The position numbers and the translations under genes were made by a program. The notes beneath the pieces are model-generated. The model was given only the letters and a program-made list of their open reading frames with translations, was not told the origin of the DNA and made no database searches. A DNA stretch of 41,687 nt from a virus (taxonomy: Duplodnaviria > Heunggongvirae > Uroviricota > Caudoviricetes). The stretch lies in IMG/VR virus record IMGVR_UViG_2585427754_000009; one strand, written 5' to 3'. Positions 16,932-27,201 of the stretch are shown here, piece by piece (position 1 is the first letter of the stretch; every line of letters starts with the position of its first letter).

Positions 16932-17486
16932 ATGAACGAAAATTATATTGCATATGAGACACTTGTAGCAAACCGTGCTGCTGCTGAGTGGGCTTGTTGG
17001 GCAATGATTGCATCTTGGGTGAGTGCTGGAGCTACTATTGTTACTTTGTTTTTGGCGTTCAAGGCATTATTTACGTGGCGGGAACAAGAGAAAACAAAAG
17101 TAAAAATAGATTTTAGGAATGCATTAAAGAAATTAAAGACAGCTCTATTATTTATGCCTGTCAATATTGACCCCGAGCAACTCAATGATGAACGAGAGCA
17201 AGTTATTGCGAAATGGCTATTTAAAGATGTAGATCTTATTAGTCAGCAAATTGAGTTGGGAGAAGAGAATGTTAAAAGATTTGATGAGCTTTTGAGTATT
17301 TTCGATTGTTGCCAATCTTCATGGTTTGCGACAGAGCACTTATTTGATAATACTGAGTTAGAAAAAGTTTGGCATGAGTTCGAGTCTAACTTTAATAAAT
17401 ATATAAATGGTGGTGAGAGTAAGGATTTACTTATGAAAATGCTTGATAAGCTCATCTCTTCTAGATTTGTATTTGAGTCAAGATAA
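16932..17486 (+). CDS. Hypothetical membrane-anchored protein (184 aa) on an AT-rich moron
   Basis: GAGGT RBS. One N-terminal TM segment (AEWACWAMIASWVSAGATIVTLFLAFKALF) then a Lys/Glu-rich helical domain. Local GC visibly far below neighbours. Between lysis cassette and HNH/terminase. Confidence 0.6.
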   Translation: MNENYIAYETLVANRAAAEWACWAMIASWVSAGATIVTLFLAFKALFTWREQEKTKVKIDFRNALKKLKTALLFMPVNIDPEQLNDEREQVIAKWLFKDVDLISQQIELGEENVKRFDELLSIFDCCQSSWFATEHLFDNTELEKVWHEFESNFNKYINGGESKDLLMKMLDKLISSRFVFESR

Positions 17487-17536
17487 TTGCCTTTGAGCAT
17501 TTTTCTTTATTATTTTACTTATTATAAATTTTTTAT

Positions 17537-17887
17537 ATGCCCCCTAGAATCCCAAAAGCCTGCCGCGTTCGCGGCTGCCGCAATACCACGACTGACCCGT
17601 CAGGCTACTGCGAAAGCCACAAAAGCGAAGGCTGGAAACAATACAAGCCAGGACAATCCCGTCACCAGCGCGGCTATGGTTCGAAGTGGGATGTTATCCG
17701 CGCGCGTGTGCTGAAGCGTGATAAAGGTTTATGTCAGTTATGTCTGCGTGCTGGTGTGGTGCGTGAGGCGAAAACCGTTGACCACATCATTCCTAAAGCG
17801 CATGGCGGCTCTGATGCCGACAGTAATCTGCAGAGCCTGTGCTGGCCGTGTCATAAGGCGAAGACGGCCCGTGAACGGCTGAAGTAA
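17537..17887 (+). CDS. HNH endonuclease (terminase-associated)
   Basis: Cys-rich N-terminus (CRVRGCRNTTTDPSGYCESH) and HNH core (VDHIIPKAHGGSDADSNLQSLCWPCHKAK). Immediately upstream of the terminase genes. Confidence 0.85.
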   Translation: MPPRIPKACRVRGCRNTTTDPSGYCESHKSEGWKQYKPGQSRHQRGYGSKWDVIRARVLKRDKGLCQLCLRAGVVREAKTVDHIIPKAHGGSDADSNLQSLCWPCHKAKTARERLK

Positions 17888-18012
17888 GAATCAGTTCCCA
17901 CTGACAGAGGGGAGGGGCGGGTCAAATCCCTGTGACCTGACGTCTTCCGGACTGCCCGCCCCATCGTTTTTTTATACCCGCGAAAAATGAAATTTAACCA
18001 GGAGTGCCGCAT

Positions 18013-18507
18013 ATGGCTGGAACGACGGGGCGTTCCGGGCGTCGCCCCAAGCCAACGGCGCGCAAGGCGCTGGCCGGAAATCCCGGCAAGCGAGCCCTGA
18101 ACAAAGATGAACCTGTTTTTACGCCCATCAAAGGTGTTGAGCCACCGGAGTGGTTCGCTGAAGAAGATCTCCCTCTCGCTACGATCATGTGGCAACTGAC
18201 AACTAAAGAACTCTGCGGTCAGGGCCTGCTGTGCGTGACTGACCTTGCGGTGCTTGAGCGGTGGTGCGTGGCCTACGAGTTCTGGCGACGTGCCGTGAAA
18301 AATATTGCCAGACAGGGCAACACCATCACCGGTGCAATGGGCGGTATGGTCAAAAATCCGGAGCTGACTGCCAAAAAAGAACAGGAGTCCGAGATGAGCA
18401 GTACGGGGGCAATGCTCGGACTCGACCCCAGCAGCCGCCAGCGTCTGATTGGCCTGGCGGGGAAGAAGAAAGCCACTAACCCGTTTCTGAAAATCATCGA
18501 ATCATGA
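18013..18507 (+). CDS. Terminase small subunit (P27 / HK97 gp1-like)
   Basis: ATG 9 nt after [18 protein letters not shown]... N-terminus typical of P27-family TerS. ATGA coupling to the large subunit. Confidence 0.8.
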   Translation: MAGTTGRSGRRPKPTARKALAGNPGKRALNKDEPVFTPIKGVEPPEWFAEEDLPLATIMWQLTTKELCGQGLLCVTDLAVLERWCVAYEFWRRAVKNIARQGNTITGAMGGMVKNPELTAKKEQESEMSSTGAMLGLDPSSRQRLIGLAGKKKATNPFLKIIES

Positions 18508-20237
18508 GCCGGAAATCTTACCCCAACGTAAATGCTGCAAATCAGTATGCCCGGGATGTCGTGCGCGGAAAGATTGTTGCCTGCCAGTTTGTGATTCAGG
18601 CCTGCCAGCGCCATCTTGATGACCTGATGGCGGAAAAAAGTAAGTCGTTTCGTTACCGCTTCGACAAGGACCTGGCTGAACGGGCCGCGAAATTTATTCA
18701 GCTGTTGCCGCACACCAAGGGGGAGTGGGCATTCAAACGGATGCCCATCACGCTGGAGCCGTGGCAGCTATTTGTGATCTGCTGTGCGTTTGGCTGGGTC
18801 AATAAAGGCACCCGGTTGCGCCGCTTCCGGGAGGTGTACACCGAAATCCCCCGTAAGAACGGCAAATCAGCAATCTCTGCCGGTGTTGCCCTGTATTGTT
18901 TTGCCTGTGATAACGAGTTTGGCGCGGAAGTGTATTCCGGTGCCACGACAGAGAAACAGGCGTGGGAAGTCTTTCGCCCGGCACGACTGATGTGTAAACG
19001 CACACCCATGCTGACGGAAGCGTTCGGGATTGAGGTTAACGCCTCAAACATGAACCGTCCGGAGGATGGCGCGCGGTTTGAACCGCTGATCGGCAACCCA
19101 GGTGATGGTTCATCACCCCACTGTGCCGTGGTTGATGAATATCACGAGCATGCCACCGATGCGCTTTATACCACAATGCTTACCGGGATGGGGGCGCGAC
19201 GTCAGCCACTGATGTGGGCCATTACTACTGCCGGGTACAACATTGAGGGGCCGTGCTACGACAAACGGCGGGAAGTTATCGAGATGCTCAACGGTTCGGT
19301 ACCCAACGATGAACTGTTCGGGATCATCTATACCGTTGACGAAGGTGACGACTGGACCAACCCACTGGTGCTGGAAAAAGCCAACCCGAATATCGGGGTG
19401 TCGGTTTACCGTGAGTTTTTGTTAAGTCAGCAACAGCGTGCGAAAAATAACGCCCGTCTGGCAAACGTCTTTAAAACAAAACACCTCAATATCTGGGTGT
19501 CGGCGCGTTCGGCGTATTTCAACCTGGTGAGCTGGCAGAGCTGCGAGGATAAATCACTGACTCTTGAGCAATTCGAGGGGCAGCCGTGCATTCTGGCCTT
19601 TGACCTGGCGCGTAAACTGGATATGAACAGCATGGCGCGACTTTATACCCGCGAGATTGACGGTAAAACGCATTACTACAGTGTGGCCCCGCGTTTCTGG
19701 GTACCGTATGACACGGTGTACAGCGTCGAGAAAAATGAAGATCGCCGGACAGCCGAACGCTTTCAGAAATGGGTGGAAATGGGCGTCCTGACCGTTACCG
19801 ATGGTGCAGAGGTGGATTATCGCTACATCCTCGAAGAGGCCAAAGCGGCGAACAAAATCAGCCCGGTCAGCGAGTCACCCATCGACCCCTTCGGGGCGAC
19901 CGGGCTGTCACATGACCTTGCTGATGAAGACCTGAATCCCGTCACTATCTTCCAGAACTTCACCAATATGTCCGATCCGATGAAAGAGCTGGAAGCAGCG
20001 ATTGAATCGGGACGTTTTCATCATGACGGCAATCCCATCATGACCTGGTGTATCGGCAACGTGGTCGGCAAAAACATGCCGGGTAACGATGATGTGGTGA
20101 AACCCGTCAAAGAGCAGGCGGAAAACAAAATTGACGGTGCAGTTGCGCTGATTATGGCGGTTGGCAGAGCCATGCTGTACGAGAAAGAAGACACGCTGTC
20201 TGATCACATTGAGTCCTACGGGATCCGCTCGCTTTAA
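18504..20237 (+). CDS. Terminase large subunit
   Basis: 577-aa ORF with ATPase region ([18 protein letters not shown]... Walker A-like) and C-terminal nuclease region; position after TerS. Confidence 0.9.
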   Translation: MSRKSYPNVNAANQYARDVVRGKIVACQFVIQACQRHLDDLMAEKSKSFRYRFDKDLAERAAKFIQLLPHTKGEWAFKRMPITLEPWQLFVICCAFGWVNKGTRLRRFREVYTEIPRKNGKSAISAGVALYCFACDNEFGAEVYSGATTEKQAWEVFRPARLMCKRTPMLTEAFGIEVNASNMNRPEDGARFEPLIGNPGDGSSPHCAVVDEYHEHATDALYTTMLTGMGARRQPLMWAITTAGYNIEGPCYDKRREVIEMLNGSVPNDELFGIIYTVDEGDDWTNPLVLEKANPNIGVSVYREFLLSQQQRAKNNARLANVFKTKHLNIWVSARSAYFNLVSWQSCEDKSLTLEQFEGQPCILAFDLARKLDMNSMARLYTREIDGKTHYYSVAPRFWVPYDTVYSVEKNEDRRTAERFQKWVEMGVLTVTDGAEVDYRYILEEAKAANKISPVSESPIDPFGATGLSHDLADEDLNPVTIFQNFTNMSDPMKELEAAIESGRFHHDGNPIMTWCIGNVVGKNMPGNDDVVKPVKEQAENKIDGAVALIMAVGRAMLYEKEDTLSDHIESYGIRSL

Positions 20238-20248
20238 CTGAGGTAATT

Positions 20249-20431
20249 ATGATCATGCTGATTCTCGCGCCTCTGGTGGGCGTGCTGGGGGGGCTTTTGC
20301 TGGCGTATGGGGCCTGGCTGATTTATCCCCCTGCGGGGTTTGTTGTTGCCGGGGCGTTGTGCCTGTTCTGGTCGTGGCTGGTGGCGCGATATCTCGACCG
20401 TACACAGATGTCTGTTGGTGGAGGTAAATAG
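20249..20431 (+). CDS. Small hydrophobic protein (60 aa)
   Basis: Two predicted TM segments ([42 protein letters not shown]). Between TerL and portal. Confidence 0.45.
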   Translation: MIMLILAPLVGVLGGLLLAYGAWLIYPPAGFVVAGALCLFWSWLVARYLDRTQMSVGGGK

Positions 20432-21672
20432 TGTTCTTTTCGGGATTATTTCAACGAAAAAGTGACGCACCGGTGACCACGCCAGCAGAGCTGGCGGATG
20501 CTATCGGGCTGTCATACGACACCTATACCGGAAAGCAGATCAGCAGCCAGAGGGCCATGCGACTGACGGCGGTTTTTTCCTGCGTCAGGGTGCTGGCGGA
20601 GTCGGTCGGGATGTTGCCCTGCAACCTGTATCACCTGAACGGCAGCCTGAAGCAGAGAGCCACTGGCGAACGTCTGCATAAGCTGATCTCCACGCATCCC
20701 AATGGCTATATGACGCCGCAGGAGTTCTGGGAGCTGGTGGTCACCTGTCTGTGCCTGCGGGGAAACTTTTACGCCTACAAAGTGAAAGCATTTGGCGAAG
20801 TGGCTGAACTGCTGCCCGTCGATCCCGGCTGTGTGGTACCGAAGCTTAACAGTAGCTGGGAGCCGATCTATCAGGTCACATTCCCGGATGGCTCCACGGA
20901 TGTACTGAGCCAGGAGGATATCTGGCATGTGCGTACGCTGACGCTGGACGGACTGGTGGGGCTGAATCCCATCGCCTATGCCCGCGAGGCAATATCGCTG
21001 GCAGCTGCGACCGAAGAGCACGGGGCCAGACTGTTCAGCAATGGCGCGGTGACGTCGGGTGTGTTGCGTACAGAGCAGACGCTGTCAGATCAGGCTTATG
21101 AGCGCCTGAAGAAAGATTTTGAGGAGCGTCACACCGGGCTTGGCAATGCTCACCGCCCGATGATCCTTGAGATGGGGCTGGACTGGAAGTCGATGGCGCT
21201 GAACGCCGAGGACAGCCAGTTCCTGGAAACCCGCAAGTTTCAGCTTGAAGAAATCTGTCGTCTGTTCCGTGTGCCATTGCACATGGTGCAGAACACCGAT
21301 CGTGCCACCTTCAACAATATCGAAGAACTGGGGCTGGGATTTATCAACTATTCACTGGTGCCGTATCTGACCCGCATTGAGCAGCGGATCAACACCGGAC
21401 TGGTACGAAAAAGTAAGCAGGGCGTTTATTACGCCAAATTTAACGCCGGGGCGTTACTGCGCGGGGATATGAAGTCCCGTTTTGAAGCCTACGCCACCGG
21501 GATTAACTGGGGAATTTACTCTCCCAATGACTGCCGCGACCTGGAAGATATGAATCCGCGTCCCGGTGGGGATGTCTATCTCACACCGATGAACATGACC
21601 ACGAAACCCTCCGATGGCAGTAAAGCCGGTAAGCAGAAGGATAACGCCAATGCAGACGAAACAACGTCTTGA
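20431..21672 (+). CDS. Portal protein (HK97 family)
   Basis: GTG start with GGAGGT RBS. 413 aa. Position and size between TerL and prohead protease. Confidence 0.85.
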   Translation: MFFSGLFQRKSDAPVTTPAELADAIGLSYDTYTGKQISSQRAMRLTAVFSCVRVLAESVGMLPCNLYHLNGSLKQRATGERLHKLISTHPNGYMTPQEFWELVVTCLCLRGNFYAYKVKAFGEVAELLPVDPGCVVPKLNSSWEPIYQVTFPDGSTDVLSQEDIWHVRTLTLDGLVGLNPIAYAREAISLAAATEEHGARLFSNGAVTSGVLRTEQTLSDQAYERLKKDFEERHTGLGNAHRPMILEMGLDWKSMALNAEDSQFLETRKFQLEEICRLFRVPLHMVQNTDRATFNNIEELGLGFINYSLVPYLTRIEQRINTGLVRKSKQGVYYAKFNAGALLRGDMKSRFEAYATGINWGIYSPNDCRDLEDMNPRPGGDVYLTPMNMTTKPSDGSKAGKQKDNANADETTS

Positions 21673-22300
21673 TGTACCGCTGAGTCTGAAATCTGTCAGT
21701 GACTCCGGTGAGTTTGAAGGGTATGGCTCCGTCTTTGGTGTAAAGGACAGCCACGATGATGTGGTGATGTCCGGGGCATTTGCTGCTTCCCTGCGGGCGT
21801 GGAGTGACAGAAAAGCGTTACCTGCGCTGCTCTGGCAGCACCGCATGGATGAACCCATCGGTGTTTACACTGAAATGAAGGAAGACGATGTCGGACTTTA
21901 CGTCAGGGGACGGTTGCTTATTGATGATGATCCCCTCGCAAAACGCGCACATGCACACATGAAGGCCGGTTCGTTAACCGGCCTTTCTATTGGGTACGTC
22001 CTGAAAGACTGGGAATACGACCGGAGCAAAGAAGCCTTTCTGTTGAAAGAAATCGACCTCTGGGAAGTCAGTCTGGTGACGTTTCCGTCTAACGACGAGG
22101 CGCGGATCAGCGACGTCAAGAACGCGCTGGCCCGCGGGGAAATCCCCGAACAGAAAAAAATCGAAAGAGTCCTGCGTGATGTCGGACTCTCCCGTACCCA
22201 GGCCAAAGCATTCATGGCCGGGGGCTATGGCGCACTGTCCCTGCGCGACGCTGAGGATGTGGGCTCTGCACTGAATGCACTGAAAAATCTGAACTTCTAA
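21650..22300 (+). CDS. Prohead serine protease (HK97 gp4 / S78 family)
   Basis: Internal ATG at 21650 (MQTKQRLD...). Conserved FGVKDSHDDVVMSGAF and downstream Ser/His region. Overlaps the portal 3' end. Confidence 0.8.
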   Translation: MQTKQRLDVPLSLKSVSDSGEFEGYGSVFGVKDSHDDVVMSGAFAASLRAWSDRKALPALLWQHRMDEPIGVYTEMKEDDVGLYVRGRLLIDDDPLAKRAHAHMKAGSLTGLSIGYVLKDWEYDRSKEAFLLKEIDLWEVSLVTFPSNDEARISDVKNALARGEIPEQKKIERVLRDVGLSRTQAKAFMAGGYGALSLRDAEDVGSALNALKNLNF

Positions 22301-22314
22301 TCAGGAGAAATACG

Positions 22315-23520
22315 ATGGCGGTTGATATTAAAGATGTGGAACAGGTCGCGCAGGAGCTGCAGCAGAAGTTTGACGACTTCAAGGCAAAGAACGACAAGCG
22401 CGTGGATGCGATTGAGCAGGAAAAAGGCAAACTTGCCGGGCAGGTGGAAACCCTGAACGGGAAACTCAGCGAGCTGGAAAATCTCAAAAGCGACCTTGAA
22501 AAAGAGCTGCTTGAGCTGAAACGTCCGGCTGGTGGAGCGCAAAATAAACTGGCCACCGAGCATAAAGAGGCGTTTGTGGGCTTCCTGCGTAAAGGCCGTG
22601 AAGACGGTCTGCGCGATCTGGAGCGTAAGGCATTGCAGGTGGGTACCGATGAAGACGGTGGCTACGCCGTGCCGGAAGAACTGGATCGCAACATTCTTAA
22701 CCTGCTGAAAGATGAAGTGGTGATGCGTCAGGAAGCCACGGTGATCACCGTTGGCGGTTCCGACTACAAAAAACTGGTGAATCTGGGCGGTACGGCTTCC
22801 GGATGGGTGGGGGAAACGGATACGCGATCCCAGACTGCCACCTCCAGACTGGAGCTGATTGAACCTCTCATGGGGGAAATTTACGGCAACCCGCAGGCTA
22901 CCCAGAAAATGCTGGACGATGCCTTCTTCAACGTGGAGGCCTGGATCAACAGCGAGCTGGCAACCGAATTTGCCGAACAGGAAGAAATTGCCTTTACCTC
23001 AGGCGATGGCACCAAGAAGCCGAAAGGGTTCCTGGCGTATGAATCCACTGATGAAACCGACAAGGTCCGGGCGTTCGGCAAACTTCAGCATATTGTATCC
23101 GGCGAAGCGACCGCGGTGACCGCAGACGCCATTATCAAACTGATTTACACGCTGCGTAAGGCACACCGCACTGGCGCGAAGTTCATGATGAACAACAACA
23201 GCCTGTTTGCCATCCGTCTGCTGAAAGACACCGAGGGTAACTATCTGTGGCGTCCGGGGCTGGAACTGGGGCAGCCGTCCTCTCTGGCGGGTTACGGTAT
23301 CGCTGAAAACGAACAGATGCCGGATATCGCCGCTGATGCGAAAGCCATTGCATTTGGTAACTTCAAACGGGGTTACACCATCGTTGACCGTATCGGCACC
23401 CGCATTCTGCGTGACCCGTACACCAATAAACCGTTTGTCGGTTTTTATACCACCAAGCGCACCGGCGGGATGCTGGTCGATTCGCAGGCCATCAAACTGC
23501 TGAAGATTGCAGCGGCGTAA
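22315..23520 (+). CDS. Major capsid protein (HK97 fold) with N-terminal coiled-coil delta domain
   Basis: GGAG RBS. 401 aa. N-terminal about 100 residues Lys/Glu-rich coiled coil (scaffold-like delta domain), then HK97-like body. Confidence 0.85.
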   Translation: MAVDIKDVEQVAQELQQKFDDFKAKNDKRVDAIEQEKGKLAGQVETLNGKLSELENLKSDLEKELLELKRPAGGAQNKLATEHKEAFVGFLRKGREDGLRDLERKALQVGTDEDGGYAVPEELDRNILNLLKDEVVMRQEATVITVGGSDYKKLVNLGGTASGWVGETDTRSQTATSRLELIEPLMGEIYGNPQATQKMLDDAFFNVEAWINSELATEFAEQEEIAFTSGDGTKKPKGFLAYESTDETDKVRAFGKLQHIVSGEATAVTADAIIKLIYTLRKAHRTGAKFMMNNNSLFAIRLLKDTEGNYLWRPGLELGQPSSLAGYGIAENEQMPDIAADAKAIAFGNFKRGYTIVDRIGTRILRDPYTNKPFVGFYTTKRTGGMLVDSQAIKLLKIAAA

Positions 23521-23525
23521 TCACT

Positions 23526-23555
23526 CAGGGGGCGTGGAACCGCGCCCCCTGTTCT
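23526..23555 (+). terminator. Stem-loop / attenuator after the capsid gene
   Basis: Perfect 9-bp stem CAGGGGGCG...CGCCCCCTG (23526-23551) followed by TTCT; 6 bp after the capsid stop. Confidence 0.5.
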
Positions 23556-23570
23556 GACGGGTGAAGAATC

Positions 23571-23771
23571 ATGATCCTGAAACAAGATCTGAAATGGTCA
23601 CCGGACGGTATGCGTGTTGAGGTCATTCGGGCCGGTGAGTATGACGACGGGGCGCTTCCTGCCCGGGTGCAGGAGATTGCACTTCAGGCCGGGTTAGCAG
23701 AGCGCGGAACCAGTGCAAAAAGCAGTAAAGCGACAAAAGAGAAAAAAGCCACGACCAGTAAAGAGGGCTGA
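23571..23771 (+). CDS. Small hypothetical head-region protein (66 aa)
   Basis: ORF with Lys-rich C-terminus between capsid and connector genes. Confidence 0.4.
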   Translation: MILKQDLKWSPDGMRVEVIRAGEYDDGALPARVQEIALQAGLAERGTSAKSSKATKEKKATTSKEG

Positions 23772-23773
23772 GT

Positions 23774-24097
23774 ATGCTTCTGACAATGGAAGAGATTAAA
23801 GCCCAACTCCGGCTGGATGAGGATTTCGATGCTGATGACCGCCATCTGCAACTGCTGGCCTGTGCGGCGCAAAAGCGGACGGAAACGTATCTGAACCGGA
23901 AGCTCTATGCTCCGGATGAAACCATTCCGGACAGCGATCCGGACGGGCTGCACCTGCCGGATGATATTCGTCTGGGGATGCTGATGCTTATCAGCCATTT
24001 TTACGAAAACCGCTCGTCGGTTACGGAAGTGGAGAAACTCGACATGCCGCAGAGTTTTGGCTGGCTTGTCGGCCCGTACAGGTACTTTCCGCAATGA
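23774..24097 (+). CDS. Head-tail connector (gp6-like DNA-packaging/adaptor)
   Basis: 107-aa ORF MLLTMEEIKAQLRLDEDFDADD...; typical gp6-like N-terminus and position. Confidence 0.7.
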   Translation: MLLTMEEIKAQLRLDEDFDADDRHLQLLACAAQKRTETYLNRKLYAPDETIPDSDPDGLHLPDDIRLGMLMLISHFYENRSSVTEVEKLDMPQSFGWLVGPYRYFPQ

Positions 24098-24504
24098 AAA
24101 TTCGTCAGGCGCAGACCAGCGCAACCTACATTCTGCCGGACCCCGGTGAACTGAATAAACGCGTCCTGATCCGCCTGCGGGTGGATATGCCCGCGGATAA
24201 CTTTGGCGTGGAGCCTCAATACCCGGTTACGTTCCGGACATGGGCGAAGGTTATCCAGACCAGTGCCACCACCTGGCAGGAAACCGCGCAGACCGGGGAC
24301 GCCATCACCCATTACATCACCATTCGTTACCGCCGGGGGATCACCGCTGATTATGAGGTGGTCTGCGGTGACAGTGTGTACCGGGTGAAACGTCAGCGCG
24401 ATCTGAACGGGGCGCGGCGCTTTCTGCTGCTGGAGTGTACGGAGCTGGGCGAATGTAGGCAGAGTCACGGAGGCAACAATGACGACTTCCTTTTTGCACG
24501 TTGA
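24094..24504 (+). CDS. Head-tail joining / head closure protein
   Basis: ATGA coupling to the connector; 136 aa; position in the head-tail joining cluster. Confidence 0.6.
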   Translation: MKIRQAQTSATYILPDPGELNKRVLIRLRVDMPADNFGVEPQYPVTFRTWAKVIQTSATTWQETAQTGDAITHYITIRYRRGITADYEVVCGDSVYRVKRQRDLNGARRFLLLECTELGECRQSHGGNNDDFLFAR

Positions 24505-24985
24505 TTTTCAGCAGCCCGCGGAGATGCGCTTTAACCGCGCCCGTGTCAGGCGGGCGTTTGTCACGATTGGTCAGCGTCATATGCGTGATGCCCGTCGGCT
24601 GGTGATGCGCCGTGCGCGGTCGGCACCGGGTGAAAACCCCGGTTATCAGACCGGACGCCTGGCTCGTTCGATTGGTTACATGGTACCCAGAGCCAGTAAA
24701 CATCGCCCTGGTTTTATGGCACGTATAGCCCCTAACCAGCGTAATGGAGAGGGAAACCGCCGTATCACCGGTGATTTTTATCCGGCTTTTCTGTTCTATG
24801 GCGTGAGGCGAGGGGCAAAGCGTCGTCGCAGCCATCATCGTGGTGCATCCGGTGGCAGCGGCTGGCGACTGGCTCCACGTAATAACTTTATGGTGGAAAC
24901 TCTTGAAAAGAACCGCAGCTGGACACGCTATTTTCTGGCGCGGGAATTGCGTAAATCACTGAAGCCGGAGCGACGACACAGATGA
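24479..24985 (+). CDS. HK97 gp10-like tail-completion protein
   Basis: 168-aa basic ORF in the head-tail cluster; true start may be the internal Met at 24524. Confidence 0.55.
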   Translation: MTTSFLHVDFQQPAEMRFNRARVRRAFVTIGQRHMRDARRLVMRRARSAPGENPGYQTGRLARSIGYMVPRASKHRPGFMARIAPNQRNGEGNRRITGDFYPAFLFYGVRRGAKRRRSHHRGASGGSGWRLAPRNNFMVETLEKNRSWTRYFLARELRKSLKPERRHR

Positions 24986-25542
24986 AACTGACGCCTGTTA
25001 TTGCTGCGCTGCGTGCCCGCTGCCCGTATTTTGAAAACCGGGTGGCAGGCGCGGCACAGTTCAAAAATCTGCCGGAGGTCGGAAAGCTGAGACTCCCGGC
25101 GGCGTATGTGGTACCGGGTGATGACTCTCCGGGAGAAAACAAAAGCCAGACCGACTACTGGCAGGAGCTGAAAGAGGGCTTCTCCGTGGTTGTCATACTG
25201 AGTAACGGGCGTGATGAGCGCGGTCAGTTTGCTTCGTATGATGTGGTGGACGATGTCCGGCAGATGCTCTTTAAGGCTCTGCTGGGCTGGAACCCGGAGG
25301 CGTGCGGTAACCCGATTACCTATGACGGCGGCACGCTGCTGGATCTGAATCGTCATGAGCTGATTTATCAGTTCGATTTTTCGGTCATCAGCGAGCTGAC
25401 TGAAGACGATACCCGCCAGCAGGATGATCTGAACAGTCTGGATGAACTGCAAACGCTGGCGATTGATGTTGATTATCTCGAGCCCGGTAACGGGCCTGAC
25501 GGCGATATCGAACATCACACCGAAATAACCCTTCCTTCCTGA
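24982..25542 (+). CDS. Tail protein (Mu gp37-like; DUF1834-like)
   Basis: ATGA coupling; 186 aa; precedes the sheath gene as in Mu-type tails. Confidence 0.55.
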   Translation: MKLTPVIAALRARCPYFENRVAGAAQFKNLPEVGKLRLPAAYVVPGDDSPGENKSQTDYWQELKEGFSVVVILSNGRDERGQFASYDVVDDVRQMLFKALLGWNPEACGNPITYDGGTLLDLNRHELIYQFDFSVISELTEDDTRQQDDLNSLDELQTLAIDVDYLEPGNGPDGDIEHHTEITLPS

Positions 25543-25550
25543 GGATCCTC

Positions 25551-25721
25551 ATGTTTGTCAAACCTGTTAAAGGGCGGTCAGTTCCTGACCCTGCCCGCGG
25601 CGACCTTTTGCCCGCCGAAGGGCGAAATGTTGACGAGAACAACTACTGGCTGCGCCGTGAAGCAGCGGGTGATATCCGGCGCGTGAATAAAAAGGTGAAC
25701 ACCGATGACGATAAGCTTTAA
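25551..25721 (+). CDS. Small conserved tail protein (DUF2635-like, 56 aa)
   Basis: ORF MFVKPVKGRSVPDPARGDLLPAEGRNVDENNYWLRREAAGDIRRV, hand-translated (below the 60-aa track cutoff). Overlaps the sheath start. Confidence 0.55.
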   Translation: MFVKPVKGRSVPDPARGDLLPAEGRNVDENNYWLRREAAGDIRRVNKKVNTDDDKL

Positions 25722-27201
25722 CACCATTCCGTCGAATACGCTGGTTCCGCTGTTTTATGCGGAAATGGATAACCAGGCGGCGAATACTGCACAGGACAGC
25801 GGAGCATCGCTGCTGATTGGTCATGCCAATAACGGTGCAGAGATTGTTGCCAACAGTCTGGTACTGATGTCGTCGGCAGACTATGCACGCCAGATTTGTG
25901 GTGCGGGAAGTCAGCTGGCGCGTATGGTCGAGGCTTATCGCCAGACCGACCCGTTTGGCGAGCTGTATGTGATTGCCGTTCCTGAATCCACAGGCGCGGC
26001 GGCAACGGTTACGCTGACGGTGACCGGGGCGGCAACCGAAACCGGCACGGTGAATGTCTATGTGGGACGTACCCGCGTGCAGGCTCCGGTGACCAACGGC
26101 GATAACGTCACGACGATTGCCAGCAGTATCAAAGATGCCATCAATGCCGTTCCGGCCCTGCCGTTTACGGCTTCATCTTCGGCAGGCGTGGTCACACTGA
26201 CCGCGCGTCATAAGGGGCTTTGCGGGAATGAAATTCCTGTCAGCCTCAATTACTACGGCTTTGGTGGGGGCGAAGTGCTGCCAGCGGGCGTACAGATTGC
26301 CGTGGCGACGGGTACCGCCGGAACGGGTGCTCCGGTTCTCACCGGCGCGGTGGCTGCAATGGCGGATGAGCCGTTTGATTATATCGGTCTGCCGTTCAAC
26401 GACACGGCCTCCGTTAACACGCTGGTGACCGAGATGAACGATACCAGCGGTCGCTGGAGCTATGCGCGTCAGCTGTATGGTCATGTGTATACGGCAAAGA
26501 TCGGCACGCTGTCAGAACTGGTGACCGCAGGTGACCAGTTTAACCAGCAGCACATTACCCTGGCGGGGTACGAAAAAGAGACCCAGACGCCTGCCGACGA
26601 ACTGGCGGCAAGCCGTACCGCCCGCGCAGCGGTGTTTATTCGCAACGATCCGGCACGTCCCACGCAGACCGGTGAGCTGGTGGATATGCTGCCTGCGCCG
26701 AAGGGGAAACGGTTCACGATGACCGAACAACAGACCCTGCTGTCTCATGGCGTGGCAACGGCGTATGTCGAAAGCGGGGTACTGCGCATTCAGCGTGATG
26801 TCACCACGTACAGGAAAAACGCTTACGGGGTTGCGGATAACAGCTACCTAGACAGTGAGACTCTGCATACCAGCGCGTATGTACTGCGCAAACTGAAATC
26901 CGTCATTACCAGTAAGTACGGGCGTCACAAGCTTGCCAGTGACGGTACCCGCTTTGGTCCCGGTCAGGCGATTGTCACCCCGGCGGTGATCAAAGGGGAA
27001 CTGCTGGCAACCTACCGTCAGCTTGAGCGTGCGGGGATCGTGGAAAACTACGAACTGTTTAAGCAGTACCTGGTTGTGGAGCGTGATGCCAGCGATCCGA
27101 ACCGCCTGAACACGCTGTTCCCGCCTGACTATGTTAACCAGTTGCGTGTCTTTGCCGTGGTTAACCAGTTCCGTCTTCAGTATTCAGAGGAGTCTGCATA
27201 A
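25705..27201 (+). CDS. Contractile tail sheath protein (Mu gpL-like)
   Basis: 498 aa; followed immediately by tube, chaperone pair and tape measure. Confidence 0.85.
   Translation: MTISFNTIPSNTLVPLFYAEMDNQAANTAQDSGASLLIGHANNGAEIVANSLVLMSSADYARQICGAGSQLARMVEAYRQTDPFGELYVIAVPESTGAAATVTLTVTGAATETGTVNVYVGRTRVQAPVTNGDNVTTIASSIKDAINAVPALPFTASSSAGVVTLTARHKGLCGNEIPVSLNYYGFGGGEVLPAGVQIAVATGTAGTGAPVLTGAVAAMADEPFDYIGLPFNDTASVNTLVTEMNDTSGRWSYARQLYGHVYTAKIGTLSELVTAGDQFNQQHITLAGYEKETQTPADELAASRTARAAVFIRNDPARPTQTGELVDMLPAPKGKRFTMTEQQTLLSHGVATAYVESGVLRIQRDVTTYRKNAYGVADNSYLDSETLHTSAYVLRKLKSVITSKYGRHKLASDGTRFGPGQAIVTPAVIKGELLATYRQLERAGIVENYELFKQYLVVERDASDPNRLNTLFPPDYVNQLRVFAVVNQFRLQYSEESA

Noticed and set aside
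24341-25518. Long minus-strand ORFs (165 and 196 aa) antisense to tail genes
   Set aside because: They lie entirely inside well-supported plus-strand structural genes in GC-rich DNA, with no RBS; typical antisense artefacts. The same applies to 20512-21021, 28966-29295, 31070-31567 and 33297-33755.
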